Assembly: GCA_963676795.2 (NCBI GenBank)
Contig: CAXXTB010000002.1
Location: forward strand, 992,001-1,056,000
Direction of reading: 5' to 3'
Source: Geopsychrobacteraceae bacterium
Lineage (GTDB): Bacteria; Desulfobacterota; Desulfuromonadia; Desulfuromonadales; Geopsychrobacteraceae
Length of the DNA: 64,000 nt
The position numbers and the translations under genes were made by a program. The notes beneath the pieces were generated by a model that saw only the letters and a program-made list of their open reading frames with translations, was not told the origin of the DNA and ran no database searches. This document shows positions 7,661 to 17,872 of this stretch, piece after piece; within the stretch, counting starts at the first letter, position 1; the number at the start of each line of letters is the position of its first letter.

Positions 7661-9061
7661 ATGACTGAGCAACAGCAACTGTTGCGTTTATTGCCGGCCG
7701 TTGACCGGGTTTTGCGAGAGGATCTTCTCCAGTCTCAGCTTTGCTGTCTGCCGCAGGAAGCTGTTTCGCGCGCTGTCCAGCAGGCGATCGGCGATCTGCG
7801 CCGCGAACTGCTGCAGCAGGGTTCAGTCGACAAAGACAGACTTACACCTTCTGCTGTGGCACTGGTCGCTTGGCGTCTCTGTCAGTCCTTGGCTGAACCT
7901 TCGTTGCGCAGGGTGATTAATGCGACCGGTACCCTGTTGCATACCAATTTGGGCCGCGCGCCTCTGGCCGATCAGGCTCTGCAGGCGATCAACGATGTTG
8001 CCGCCGGTTACTCCAACCTGGAATTCGATCTGGACCGTGGTGTCCGCGGTCACCGTTACAGTCATGTCGAGCGTCTGCTCTGTGAGCTGACCGGGGCTGA
8101 AGCCGCTCTGGTGGTCAATAATAACTCAGGTGCCGTGCTGCTCGCCTTGAGTGCCCTGGGACAGGGAAAAGAGGCGATCGTCTCCCGTGGGGAACTGGTC
8201 GAGATCGGCGGGGCCTTCCGTATCCCCGACGTGATGGAGGCTGGTGGGGTCAAGCTGCGTGAAGTAGGGACCAGTAATCGGACTCATCTGCGTGACTATG
8301 AAAACGCCGTGACCGAAGAGACGGCGATTCTGCTCAAAGTTCATACCAGCAACTACCGGATCATCGGCTTTACCAAGGATGTTCCAGCCCGTGATCTGCT
8401 GCCGTTGGCGACGGAAAAGAACCTGATTCTGATGGAGGACCTCGGCAGCGGCCTGCTGATTGATCTGAGCCGTTACGGGCTGGAGGCGGAGCCGACCGTT
8501 CCCCAGGTGGTGCAGGCCGGGGTGGATGTCATTAGCTTCAGCGGCGATAAACTGCTCGGTGGCCCTCAAGCTGGCCTCGTTGTCGGTAAAAAGCGCTATC
8601 TGGACAAGCTGCGTAACCATCCTCTGGCGCGTGCCCTGCGCATCGATAAGCTGACCCTGGCCGCTCTGGAAGCGACCCTGCGCCTCTATCTGAAGCCCGA
8701 GGTGGCCAAGCGCGAACTGCCGGTTTTGAGGATGTTTGCTGCCGATCCGGAGGAGCAGAAAGAACGCTGTGAGCGACTGGCGAAAATATTGAACGAAGCG
8801 GATGTCTGCGCTGATCTCAAGCTGACTGAGGATATCTCTCGGGTTGGCGGTGGCGCGATGCCGCTGACCGAACTCCCGGACTGGGCCATAGAAATCCGCC
8901 CCCGTAAGCTCAGTGTTGCGACATTGGGCCAGCGTCTGCGTGGACTGACCCCGGCGGTGGTCGGGCGCAGTCAGGATGATGCCCTGTTGATCAACCTGCG
9001 AGCTGTATTTGACGCTGAAGAAGAGCTTCTTGCCCGGTCATTGATCGAGGCCTTGAACTGA
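7661..9061 (+). CDS. selA: L-seryl-tRNA(Sec) selenium transferase
   Basis: VINATGTLLHTNLGRAPL, SRGELVEIGGAFRIPDVM and PLP motif FSGDKLLGGPQAG. Confidence 0.97.
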   Translation: MTEQQQLLRLLPAVDRVLREDLLQSQLCCLPQEAVSRAVQQAIGDLRRELLQQGSVDKDRLTPSAVALVAWRLCQSLAEPSLRRVINATGTLLHTNLGRAPLADQALQAINDVAAGYSNLEFDLDRGVRGHRYSHVERLLCELTGAEAALVVNNNSGAVLLALSALGQGKEAIVSRGELVEIGGAFRIPDVMEAGGVKLREVGTSNRTHLRDYENAVTEETAILLKVHTSNYRIIGFTKDVPARDLLPLATEKNLILMEDLGSGLLIDLSRYGLEAEPTVPQVVQAGVDVISFSGDKLLGGPQAGLVVGKKRYLDKLRNHPLARALRIDKLTLAALEATLRLYLKPEVAKRELPVLRMFAADPEEQKERCERLAKILNEADVCADLKLTEDISRVGGGAMPLTELPDWAIEIRPRKLSVATLGQRLRGLTPAVVGRSQDDALLINLRAVFDAEEELLARSLIEALN

Positions 9062-9072
9062 TAGGACTACGC

Positions 9073-10992
9073 GTGGCACAGGGACATTTTATTATCGGTA
9101 CCGCTGGACATGTCGATCATGGTAAGACGGCATTGATTCGGGCCCTGACCGGGGTCGAGACCGATCGTTTGAAAGAGGAGCAGAAGCGCGGGATTTCTAT
9201 TGAACTGGGCTTTGCCCGGCTCGACCTGGGCCATGGCCAGGTTGCCGGGGTTGTCGACGTGCCGGGTCATGAAAAATTCATTCCGCAGATGCTCAGCGGA
9301 ATCGCCGGAATCGATCTGGTGCTGCTGGTTGTCGATGCCAATGAAGGGGTGATGCCGCAGACCCGTGAGCACCTGCAGATCATGGATCTGCTGCAACTGA
9401 AAAACGGGATACTGGTTATCTCCAAGTGTGATCTGGTCGAACCGGACTGGCTGGATATCGTCGAAGAGGAGCTCCGTGACCAGGTTGCTGGCAGTTTTCT
9501 CGAAAAGGCCCCCTGTTGCCGTGTTTCGGCGCTCAACGGGGAAGGGCTCGACGAGCTGCGTGAAACAATCAGGCAGCAACTGAAGAAGGTCGAACCGCGT
9601 GACGTCCGTGGCGTTGTACGCCTGCCGGTCGACCGCTGTTTCAGCATCAGCGGCTTCGGAACCGTTGTCACAGGAACCCTGGTCAGCGGCACAATCAAGG
9701 TTGGTGAGAGCCTGGAGGTTTTACCGGCCGCTGTTCCGGCCCGGGTTCGCGAGCTCCAGGTTCACGATCAGCAGGTCAATGAGGTCTGTGCCGGCCAGCG
9801 GGTGGCGCTTAATCTGGCGGGGATTTCCCGGGACCAGATACCGCGCGGATCGGTGGTCGGTACGCCGGGGCTGTTTCGTTCCAGCAGGCGCATCGATGTG
9901 CGGTTACGGCTGCTTGCGGATGCGCCACGGCCGCTGAAGTTTCGCGACCCTGTTCACCTGCACCTGGGCACGGCGCGCTGTGTCGCCAATGCCGTTCTGC
10001 TTGATCGTGATGAACTGAAACCGGGTGAAGAGGTGATCGCCCAGCTGGTCCTTGATCAGCCGCTCTTGGCCCATCGTGGCGACCGTTTTATCGTCCGTTC
10101 CTATTCGCCGATGGTGACCATCGGCGGCGGCCTGGTCATCGATTCAGAACCTCAGAAACATAAGCGCTTCAGGCCGGAGGTGATTCGCCGTCTTGAAGAT
10201 CTGGCCTCGGGGGACCTCGGGTTCTGGTTGCAGAAGCTGGATGAACTGCAGCTGGCGCGGATCAAGGAGCTGGAAAAGCAGACCGGCAGCAGCCGCGTAC
10301 AGCTGCAGCAGGGACTTGAGCGCTTGCGCGAGGCTGGTCAGGTTGAACTGCTTGGGGACCAGTGGGTGCTCGCCGAACGGGTCCGCAGCTGGACTCTGCG
10401 AGTTCCTGAGCTGGTTGCTGTCTATCATCGCCAGTATCCGCTTCATCACGGTATTCCGCGTGCGACTTTGCAGGCCCAGATCGCTGAAAAGCTGGCGCCC
10501 AAGGGGTTCGATCTGCTGCTCCACAAGGTTCTGGAGGATGGGCTGGTCGTTCTTAAGCGGGACCTGCTTGCGCTCCCGGACTGGTCTCCGCAGCCATCTG
10601 TGGGGGATCAGCAGATCCTCACGGCTCTGGGCGCATATTTCGCGGCAGAAGGGTTCCGGACCAAGAACAACACCGAAGCCCTGATGCAGTTGGGGATAAA
10701 AACTGACAATCCGGACGACTATTTCAATTATCTGGTTCTGGAAGGTCAGCTGGTCCGTCTCAACCAGGAGAGTTCGCTTTCGCGGACCTGCTACCAGCAG
10801 GCATTGGCCGAATTGCGCAGCGCGTTCGATGCGTCTCAGGAGGGTTTTGCCCTGGCGGAATTCCGTGACCGATTGGCCTGCAGCCGTAAGCTGGCCCAGG
10901 CACTGCTAGAGCATTTTGACAGTCTGAAATATACCAGGCGGGTCGACGACAGGCGTGTTGCCTGGCAGCTGCCTGAAACCGACAACCTTTGA
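9073..10992 (+). CDS. selB: Selenocysteine-specific translation elongation factor
   Basis: GTAGHVDHGKT, RGISIELGF, DVPGHEKF; C-terminal SRKLAQALLEHFD winged helix; lies between selA and selD. Confidence 0.97.
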   Translation: MAQGHFIIGTAGHVDHGKTALIRALTGVETDRLKEEQKRGISIELGFARLDLGHGQVAGVVDVPGHEKFIPQMLSGIAGIDLVLLVVDANEGVMPQTREHLQIMDLLQLKNGILVISKCDLVEPDWLDIVEEELRDQVAGSFLEKAPCCRVSALNGEGLDELRETIRQQLKKVEPRDVRGVVRLPVDRCFSISGFGTVVTGTLVSGTIKVGESLEVLPAAVPARVRELQVHDQQVNEVCAGQRVALNLAGISRDQIPRGSVVGTPGLFRSSRRIDVRLRLLADAPRPLKFRDPVHLHLGTARCVANAVLLDRDELKPGEEVIAQLVLDQPLLAHRGDRFIVRSYSPMVTIGGGLVIDSEPQKHKRFRPEVIRRLEDLASGDLGFWLQKLDELQLARIKELEKQTGSSRVQLQQGLERLREAGQVELLGDQWVLAERVRSWTLRVPELVAVYHRQYPLHHGIPRATLQAQIAEKLAPKGFDLLLHKVLEDGLVVLKRDLLALPDWSPQPSVGDQQILTALGAYFAAEGFRTKNNTEALMQLGIKTDNPDDYFNYLVLEGQLVRLNQESSLSRTCYQQALAELRSAFDASQEGFALAEFRDRLACSRKLAQALLEHFDSLKYTRRVDDRRVAWQLPETDNL

Positions 10993-11001
10993 GAGGAGAG
11001 T

Positions 11002-12042
11002 ATGAGTGTACGTCTGACTTCGTTGTCGCGCAGCGCTGGTTGAGCGGCCAAGATTGGTCCCGCGACCCTGACTCAGGTGCTGAGTCAGCTGCCGACATTT
11101 GATCATCCCGACCTGCTGTCGCAGGATATCCCCTTCGCCGATGCCGCGATCTTCCGGATCAATGAGCATCAGGCCCTGGTGCAATCGGTCGATTTCTTCA
11201 CCCCGGTGGTGGATGATCCCTATATCTACGGCCAGATTGCTGCGGCTAATGCGCTCTCTGACATTTTTGCCATGGGAGCCCGGCCGCTCACGGCAATGAA
11301 TGTGATCTGCTTTCCGATCAACTGTCTTGATTCCACTGTTATGCTGAAGATTCTCGAGGGTGGGCAGGAGCGGATCCAGGCTGCTGGTGCCGTCATGGCC
11401 GGGGGGCATTCGGTCGAGGATGACGAGCCCAAGTACGGTCTCAGTGTCACCGGCATGGTCGATCCGCAGCAGATGATCACCACCTGCGGCTGTCGCCCCG
11501 GTGACCGCATCTATCTGACCAAGCCTCTCGGCACCGGCCTGTTGACCACGGCCATCAAGGGGGAGGTTCTGGATGAAGCTGAAATTCAGGACGCCATCCA
11601 GGGAATGGTCTGTCTGAACAAAGCGGCAGCGGAGGCGATGCTTGCAGCGAGGGCTTCAGCCTGTACCGATATTACCGGCTTCGGCCTGCTGGGCCATGCC
11701 ACCGAGCTGGCAGCCGCGAGTCAGGTCGGGCTGAAGATCTATCTTGACCGGTTGCCGCACTATGCCCAGGCCCTCGATATGGCCTCAATGGGGCTGGTGC
11801 CGCTTGGGGCCCACCGCAACCGCGAATATTACGGAACAAGGATGGATGGGCAGGAAGGCTGCGATCCGCTGCTGATCGATCTGTTCTGTGATCCGCAGAC
11901 CTCGGGAGGGTTGCTGATCGCCATTGCCCCTGAGCGGGCTGAGAACCTTGAGGCTGAATTCGCAGCGCGGGGCGTGAAGGCCCCCTGCATCGGCGAGGTG
12001 ACAGCCGATAGTCCTGGTCGCGTTCAGGTTGTCCAGAGCTGA
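11002..12042 (+). CDS. selD: Selenide, water dikinase (selenophosphate synthetase), selenoprotein with Sec at codon 14
   Basis: RBS GAGGAG then ATG 11002; MSVRLTSLSRSAG-TGA(11041-11043)-AAKIGP is in frame with the track ORF from 11077; DFFTPVVDDPY, GGHS, TDITGFGLLGH and DPQTSGGLL motifs. Confidence 0.95.
11044..11094 (+). promoter_or_regulatory. Candidate bacterial SECIS element of selD
   Basis: Perfect 9-bp stem CTGACTCAG-GTG-CTGAGTCAG (11068-11088) with a G-starting loop ~34 nt after UGA; an alternative small hairpin GGTC-CCGC-GACC at 11056-11067. Confidence 0.65.
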
Positions 12043-12221
12043 TGTTTGGCTTCGGGCTCTGGGAGATCGGACTGCTGCTGGTCATTGTCGTGGTCTTTTT
12101 CGGCCTTGGCAAGCGCAAGGCCAGTGTCCGCGAGTGCGGCCGGCTGTTTACCCTGTGGCGGCACTTCAGGGCCGATCCGCGGCGTCTGCTCAGGTATCTG
12201 GGCGGCTGGTTTATGCGTTGA
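12042..12221 (+). CDS. TatA/E-like small membrane protein (59 aa), absent from the ORF track
   Basis: MFGFGLWEIGLLLVIVVVFFGLGKRKASVRECGRLF...: Glu8, hydrophobic helix, FG hinge, basic amphipathic segment; TGATG overlap with the selD stop. Confidence 0.7.
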   Translation: MFGFGLWEIGLLLVIVVVFFGLGKRKASVRECGRLFTLWRHFRADPRRLLRYLGGWFMR

Positions 12222-12250
12222 AAATGAATTTTTATTTGAAGCCGATTTAA

Positions 12251-12292
12251 AAAAACAAAGGCCAGCGGCATATCCCGCTGGCCTTTGTTTTT
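12251..12292. terminator. Bidirectional terminator between the sel operon and purC
   Basis: AAAAACAAAGGCCAGCGG-CATATC-CCGCTGGCCTTTGTTTTT. Confidence 0.85.
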
Positions 12293-12312
12293 ATCGCTGT
12301 CGAAACTGATGT

Positions 12313-13194
12313 TTAGGCCGTCAGTTGCTTGAGCGCTTCGAGGTACTTCTCGCTGGTTTTCTGGATGATTTCAGCTGGAAGCTTTGGTGCCGGTGCCGTC
12401 TTGTTCCAGTCGAGGGTCTCCAGGTAGTCACGCAGGAACTGCTTGTCGAAGCTTGGCTGTGCACCACCCGGCTGATACTGGTCCTTCGGCCAGAAACGGG
12501 AGGAGTCGGGAGTCATCGCTTCATCGATCCAGATCAGCTGGCCATCAAGCATGCCGAATTCGAACTTGGTGTCGGCGATGATGATCCCTTTGGTGTCGGC
12601 CAGTTCGCGGGCCCGTTCGTAGATCTTGATGCTGATATCGCGAACCTGCTCGGCGATCTCCTGGCCGCACAGCTTGGCTGCCTGTTCGAAGGAGATGTTC
12701 TCGTCATGCTCACCGAGTTCGGCCTTGGTCGACGGAGTGAACAGGGTTTCGGGAAGTTTGTCGCTCTGTACCAGGCCGGCAGGCAGCTGGATGCCACAGA
12801 CCGAGCCCTGTTGCTGGTACTCTTTCCAGCCGCTGCCGGAGATATAGCCGCGGACGATGCACTCGACCGGCAGTGGGCTGGCTTTCTTGGTCAGCATGCT
12901 GCGCCCTTCGAGCTGATCCCGGTACTGGTGGGTAATTGCCGGAAAGTCATCGACCTCGGTGGAGATCAGGTGGTTCGGAATCAGGTCTTTCATCTGCTCG
13001 AACCAGAATTTGGAGATCTGGGTCAGAACGTAGCCTTTCCGCGGAATCCCTTCCTGCATAATGACGTCAAATGCAGAAATACGGTCACTGGTGACGATCA
13101 GAAGGTGTTCGCCAAGATCGTAGATATCGCGAACCTTCCCCTGGTTGACCAGCTTCAGTTCCGGGCAGTTGGTTTGTGTTAGGACGGGTGTCAT
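12313..13194 (-). CDS. purC: Phosphoribosylaminoimidazolesuccinocarboxamide synthase
   Basis: [48 protein letters not shown]. Confidence 0.97.
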   Translation of the reverse strand: MTPVLTQTNCPELKLVNQGKVRDIYDLGEHLLIVTSDRISAFDVIMQEGIPRKGYVLTQISKFWFEQMKDLIPNHLISTEVDDFPAITHQYRDQLEGRSMLTKKASPLPVECIVRGYISGSGWKEYQQQGSVCGIQLPAGLVQSDKLPETLFTPSTKAELGEHDENISFEQAAKLCGQEIAEQVRDISIKIYERARELADTKGIIIADTKFEFGMLDGQLIWIDEAMTPDSSRFWPKDQYQPGGAQPSFDKQFLRDYLETLDWNKTAPAPKLPAEIIQKTSEKYLEALKQLTA

Positions 13195-13197
13195 AGT

Positions 13198-15147
13198 TTA
13201 TTCCTTGTTGGTAAATGCTGTCATCAGGTCAGGGATCAGGATCTCAATCTCGGCCTGACGGAGCAGTTCCTGCAGTTTATCGTTTACGGCTTTATTCTTC
13301 TTCTGTTGCAGAACCTGGCTCTGCATCTGGTTCCTGGTCGCTTGGTCAAGTGCCGCAAAGTCGGCAACCTTTGCTTCTTTCAGAGCTGCGACAAGGCTAC
13401 GATCGTTGATATTGAAAACTTTTCCGGCTACCGGCTTCTCTTCACTCAGCGCAAACACCGCGTTGGCAAGTTCCTCCGAATTGCCGATACGGGGAATGAA
13501 GGACCCGTAACTGCGGTTGAAGTCGCCGGTCTGCTCAATGTTGAGTTTCAGCTTTTTGGCAGCGGTTTCCAGGTTGTTCGATTCAATCGCCTGGGTCAAC
13601 AGCTGGTCGGCCAGTTCCTGAACCAGGGTCTCGGCCTGGGCTGCGCGGTAGGCTTGTTCAACGGCAACCCTGACTTCGCCCAGCTCAGGCAGGCGGCTCG
13701 GCTGGCGCTCCTTGAGGGCGAAGAGGAAGACGCCGTCTCCGGTCTGGAGAGGGCGGGCCAGTTCGTTCTCCTGCAGCCTGAATGCTGCCTCGCTGATCTG
13801 ATCGTTACGGCCGATGCCGTCGATAGCTTCACCGGCGGCGAACAGGCCGGTTTCCTTGACCCCAAGATCGTTGGCCTTGGCGGCAGCGTCGAGGTCGCCG
13901 CTTTTGCGGTTGATATTGTAGGCGTCCATCGCTTTTTCGTAGGTCAGCTGGCGTGATTTTTCGCCTTTAAGGCCAGCCTTGACCTGGTCGATGACATCAG
14001 CGAGGGACTGGACGCCCGGCTCGATGTATTCGTCAACCTTGATGATGTGGAAGCCGAACTGGGTTCTGATCACCTTGCTCAGCTGGCCCGGGCGCAGGGC
14101 AAAGGCAGCGTCTTCGAATTCGGGCGCTGTCATGCCACGGCCGAAGTAGCCAAGCTCACCGCCTTGGGTGGCGTTGTTCTTGTCGTCCGAGTTTGCTTTG
14201 GCCAGAACCGCAAAGTCAGCCCCTTCGTTGAGCTGCTTGAGCAGTTTTTCGGCCAGTTCCTCGCGCTTGGTGACGGTTGCTTCGTCGGCGTCAGGCGCAA
14301 CGCGCAGCAGGATGTGGGCCGCTTTGACCTGCTCCTTGATTTCGAACTGATCGAGATTGCGCCGATAATAGCGTTCGAGGTCATCATCGCTGAAGGTCGG
14401 AACCTCGTCTTCATAACGAGCCGGATCGAACTGCAGATAGCGCAGGGCGATCTTTTCCGGAATGCGGAATTTTTCCTGGTTGGCGGTGAAATAGTCGGCA
14501 AGGCCATCGTCGGTGACTTCAACCTTGTTTTCGACCAGAGCCGGTGTCAGCCAGACGAAGTTCAGGTTGATTGAGTCGCTCGCTTCATGGAATGCGGCCT
14601 GAAGTTCCTCATCGCTCAAACTGATGTCTTTTTGCAGGGCCTGCTGGACCTTCTGGGTCAGCAGGGCGCGTTGCTGGGAATTTTCAAACTGCTCGGGAGT
14701 CAGGCGCTGGTAACTGAGAACCTCAAGATAGCGATCCCGGTTGAAGGTGCCGTCAACCTTGAAGGCATCATACTGAGCGATGTTGTCGATCAGTTCCTGG
14801 CTGCTGACGGAAACCCCGAGCTCGTCGGCCTGCTGAATGAGCAGAGCCTGCTCGACCAGCTGCTGAAGGGCCTGTTTGGGCAGGTTCAGCTGTTTTTCCA
14901 GGGTTGCATTGAAATTGCCCTGATAGATGCTCTGGTAGAGATTGTAAAGATTGCTGTATGCCGTCTGAAAGTTGTTGTAGCTGATCTCTTCTCCGTTAAC
15001 CCGCGCGGCGATATCACCGGCTTGTGGGGCCCCCTTGTCTTGCGGGGCGGTCAACATGGTGTAGCCGATGACAAAACTCAGGATGATCAAACCAAAAACG
15101 ACTTTGATTGTGACCGATTTTTGCTTGGTTCTGACAAAATCAAGCAT
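13198..15147 (-). CDS. ppiD: PpiD-like peptidyl-prolyl isomerase (SurA N-terminal plus parvulin domain)
   Basis: Start moved to ATG 15147 (GAGGAG RBS); N-terminal TM; VKAAHILL, GGELGYF and TQFGFHII parvulin motifs. Confidence 0.85.
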   Translation of the reverse strand: MLDFVRTKQKSVTIKVVFGLIILSFVIGYTMLTAPQDKGAPQAGDIAARVNGEEISYNNFQTAYSNLYNLYQSIYQGNFNATLEKQLNLPKQALQQLVEQALLIQQADELGVSVSSQELIDNIAQYDAFKVDGTFNRDRYLEVLSYQRLTPEQFENSQQRALLTQKVQQALQKDISLSDEELQAAFHEASDSINLNFVWLTPALVENKVEVTDDGLADYFTANQEKFRIPEKIALRYLQFDPARYEDEVPTFSDDDLERYYRRNLDQFEIKEQVKAAHILLRVAPDADEATVTKREELAEKLLKQLNEGADFAVLAKANSDDKNNATQGGELGYFGRGMTAPEFEDAAFALRPGQLSKVIRTQFGFHIIKVDEYIEPGVQSLADVIDQVKAGLKGEKSRQLTYEKAMDAYNINRKSGDLDAAAKANDLGVKETGLFAAGEAIDGIGRNDQISEAAFRLQENELARPLQTGDGVFLFALKERQPSRLPELGEVRVAVEQAYRAAQAETLVQELADQLLTQAIESNNLETAAKKLKLNIEQTGDFNRSYGSFIPRIGNSEELANAVFALSEEKPVAGKVFNINDRSLVAALKEAKVADFAALDQATRNQMQSQVLQQKKNKAVNDKLQELLRQAEIEILIPDLMTAFTNKE

Positions 15148-15263
15148 CGCGCTTAAGACTCCTCGGGAAATGGTTGATAATAACTGTTCCGATTTCATGA
15201 AAAACAGCCTCGCATGTTAGACACCAATGCGCGTGAATGCAATCATTTTTTCTTGCTTAACGC

Positions 15264-15292
15264 TTGCCTAAAGATCCCTTGTTTGCTAGAGT
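15264..15292 (+). promoter_or_regulatory. Candidate sigma70 promoter of the mre operon
   Basis: TTGCCT-N17-TAGAGT with a TG extension. Confidence 0.45.
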
Positions 15293-15350
15293 GAGCGGGT
15301 TTTTGGAGCCGTGGAAACGGGGTTTTTCAACAGGGTACTTATTAGCCTGA

Positions 15351-16409
<1,059 letters not shown>

Positions 16410-16442
16410 TCAATCTTGATCGCCCATATTTTTCACATCGCT

Positions 16443-16472
16443 ACGGGGGGATCTGTTCGGGTCCCCCCGTTT
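16443..16472 (+). terminator. Stem-loop between mreB and mreC
   Basis: ACGGGGGGATC...GGTCCCCCCGT followed by TT. Confidence 0.55.
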
Positions 16473-16520
16473 GCCGTTATGCCTGAATAACATCGGCATT
16501 TCTACCCAGTTGGAGCGGGG

Positions 16521-17339
16521 ATGCTTGACCTGTTTAGACGTTATCGTTTCCTTTTTCTGGCGGTTCTCCTGTTACTGGTGACCGTAATTCTCTATTCCTA
16601 TAATCTGCGCAAGAAAACGACGACGACCTTTTTCGAACGTGCCGTTCTGACCTTCGCCGCCCCCTTTCAGTCGGCCATCGATTCAACGTCCGATTCCGTC
16701 AAAGGGGTCTGGAGCAACTATATCTGGCTGGTCGACACCCGGCAGCACAACCTTGAACTCGAAAAGGAAAACGCTGAACTGCGGGCAAGGCTGAATCAGA
16801 TGAGTGAATATCGGCTCGAAAATGAGCGTCTGAAGCGTCTGCTTGCCTTTGTCGATGATCTGGATATGGCCGCACTTCCGGCGCAGGTCGTCGGTGAAGA
16901 TGCCAGCAACTGGGCGCGGACGATCATTATCGACAAGGGCACCAGCGCCGGCCTGAAAAACGGTCTGGCCGTGGTTGCGGCGGACGGTGTTGTCGGTCGG
17001 ATCATCAAGATCTCCACCAACAGTGCCCGTGTATTGCTGATCACTGATGCCTCCTCAGCTGTCGCATCGCTGGTTCAGCGCACCAGGACCCGTGGCGTTG
17101 CCCGTGGCCGGGGGGAAGACCTGTCGGTTGAATACAGTCTGCGCAGTGCCGATATCCAGGCCGGCGACCTGCTGGTGACTTCGGGGATGGGGGGGATCTT
17201 CCCCAAGGGCTTGCCGATCGGCCGGATCGAGACGGTCGAGAAGGATCAGTACGGACTTTTTCAGCGTCTTTCGGCAACGACAACAGTCGATTTTTCTCAC
17301 CTTGAAGAGGTTCTGGTTATTGTCGGGAATCCGCTATGA
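16521..17339 (+). CDS. mreC: Rod shape-determining protein MreC
   Basis: TM plus coiled coil ENERLKRLL; IDKG, GVVGRI, TSGMGGIFPKG. Confidence 0.95.
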   Translation: MLDLFRRYRFLFLAVLLLLVTVILYSYNLRKKTTTTFFERAVLTFAAPFQSAIDSTSDSVKGVWSNYIWLVDTRQHNLELEKENAELRARLNQMSEYRLENERLKRLLAFVDDLDMAALPAQVVGEDASNWARTIIIDKGTSAGLKNGLAVVAADGVVGRIIKISTNSARVLLITDASSAVASLVQRTRTRGVARGRGEDLSVEYSLRSADIQAGDLLVTSGMGGIFPKGLPIGRIETVEKDQYGLFQRLSATTTVDFSHLEEVLVIVGNPL

Positions 17340-17872
17340 GGCGCTTTTTCTTTTACCTGATTCTGGCCCTTATTTTTGCCCTGCTGCAGACCAGTGTTTT
17401 TCCACTGTTCTTTTCCCCAAACTGGCGGCCGAGCCTGATCCTGCTGCTGGTGCTTTACGTCGGCCTGCGCGAGCCGAGCCTCAGGGCCGTCGTCACCTGC
17501 CTGTTTCTCGGAGCTATCCAGGACAGTTTCTGTGGCCACAGTGTCGGCCTCTATCTGACGGTCTATCTGACCATTCTGCTGATTGTTCTGGGGCTCTCCG
17601 AACAGCTGAATATCGAGAGTTCGCCGTTGCTGCTGGCACTGGTGGTCGGAGGTACGCTGGTCGAGAACCTGCTGCTCTGGTTCTATCTGACCGTTCTGGC
17701 CGATTCTGCGCCGGCTCTGCACATTCTGCTGCCGGGCGTGCCGCAGCAGTTGATCGTCAACCTGCTTGCCGCCCTGCTGTTGCTCGCGCTGCTCGCCCGG
17801 GTCAAGCGCCTGTTCGGTTTGCGGCGGGGCTTTACCTCTCTGATTGTGGCGGGGAGAGCTCATGTCTCTTGA
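17336..17872 (+). CDS. mreD: Rod shape-determining protein MreD
   Basis: Hydrophobic protein with GAIQD motif; ATGA overlap with mreC; operon position. Confidence 0.88.
   Translation: MRRFFFYLILALIFALLQTSVFPLFFSPNWRPSLILLLVLYVGLREPSLRAVVTCLFLGAIQDSFCGHSVGLYLTVYLTILLIVLGLSEQLNIESSPLLLALVVGGTLVENLLLWFYLTVLADSAPALHILLPGVPQQLIVNLLAALLLLALLARVKRLFGLRRGFTSLIVAGRAHVS

Noticed and set aside
12325..13182. 285-aa plus-strand ORF, and similar long antisense ORFs over rarA, valS, the GGDEF gene, guaA and opgH
   Set aside because: Each mirrors a well-supported gene on the other strand and has no independent signal.
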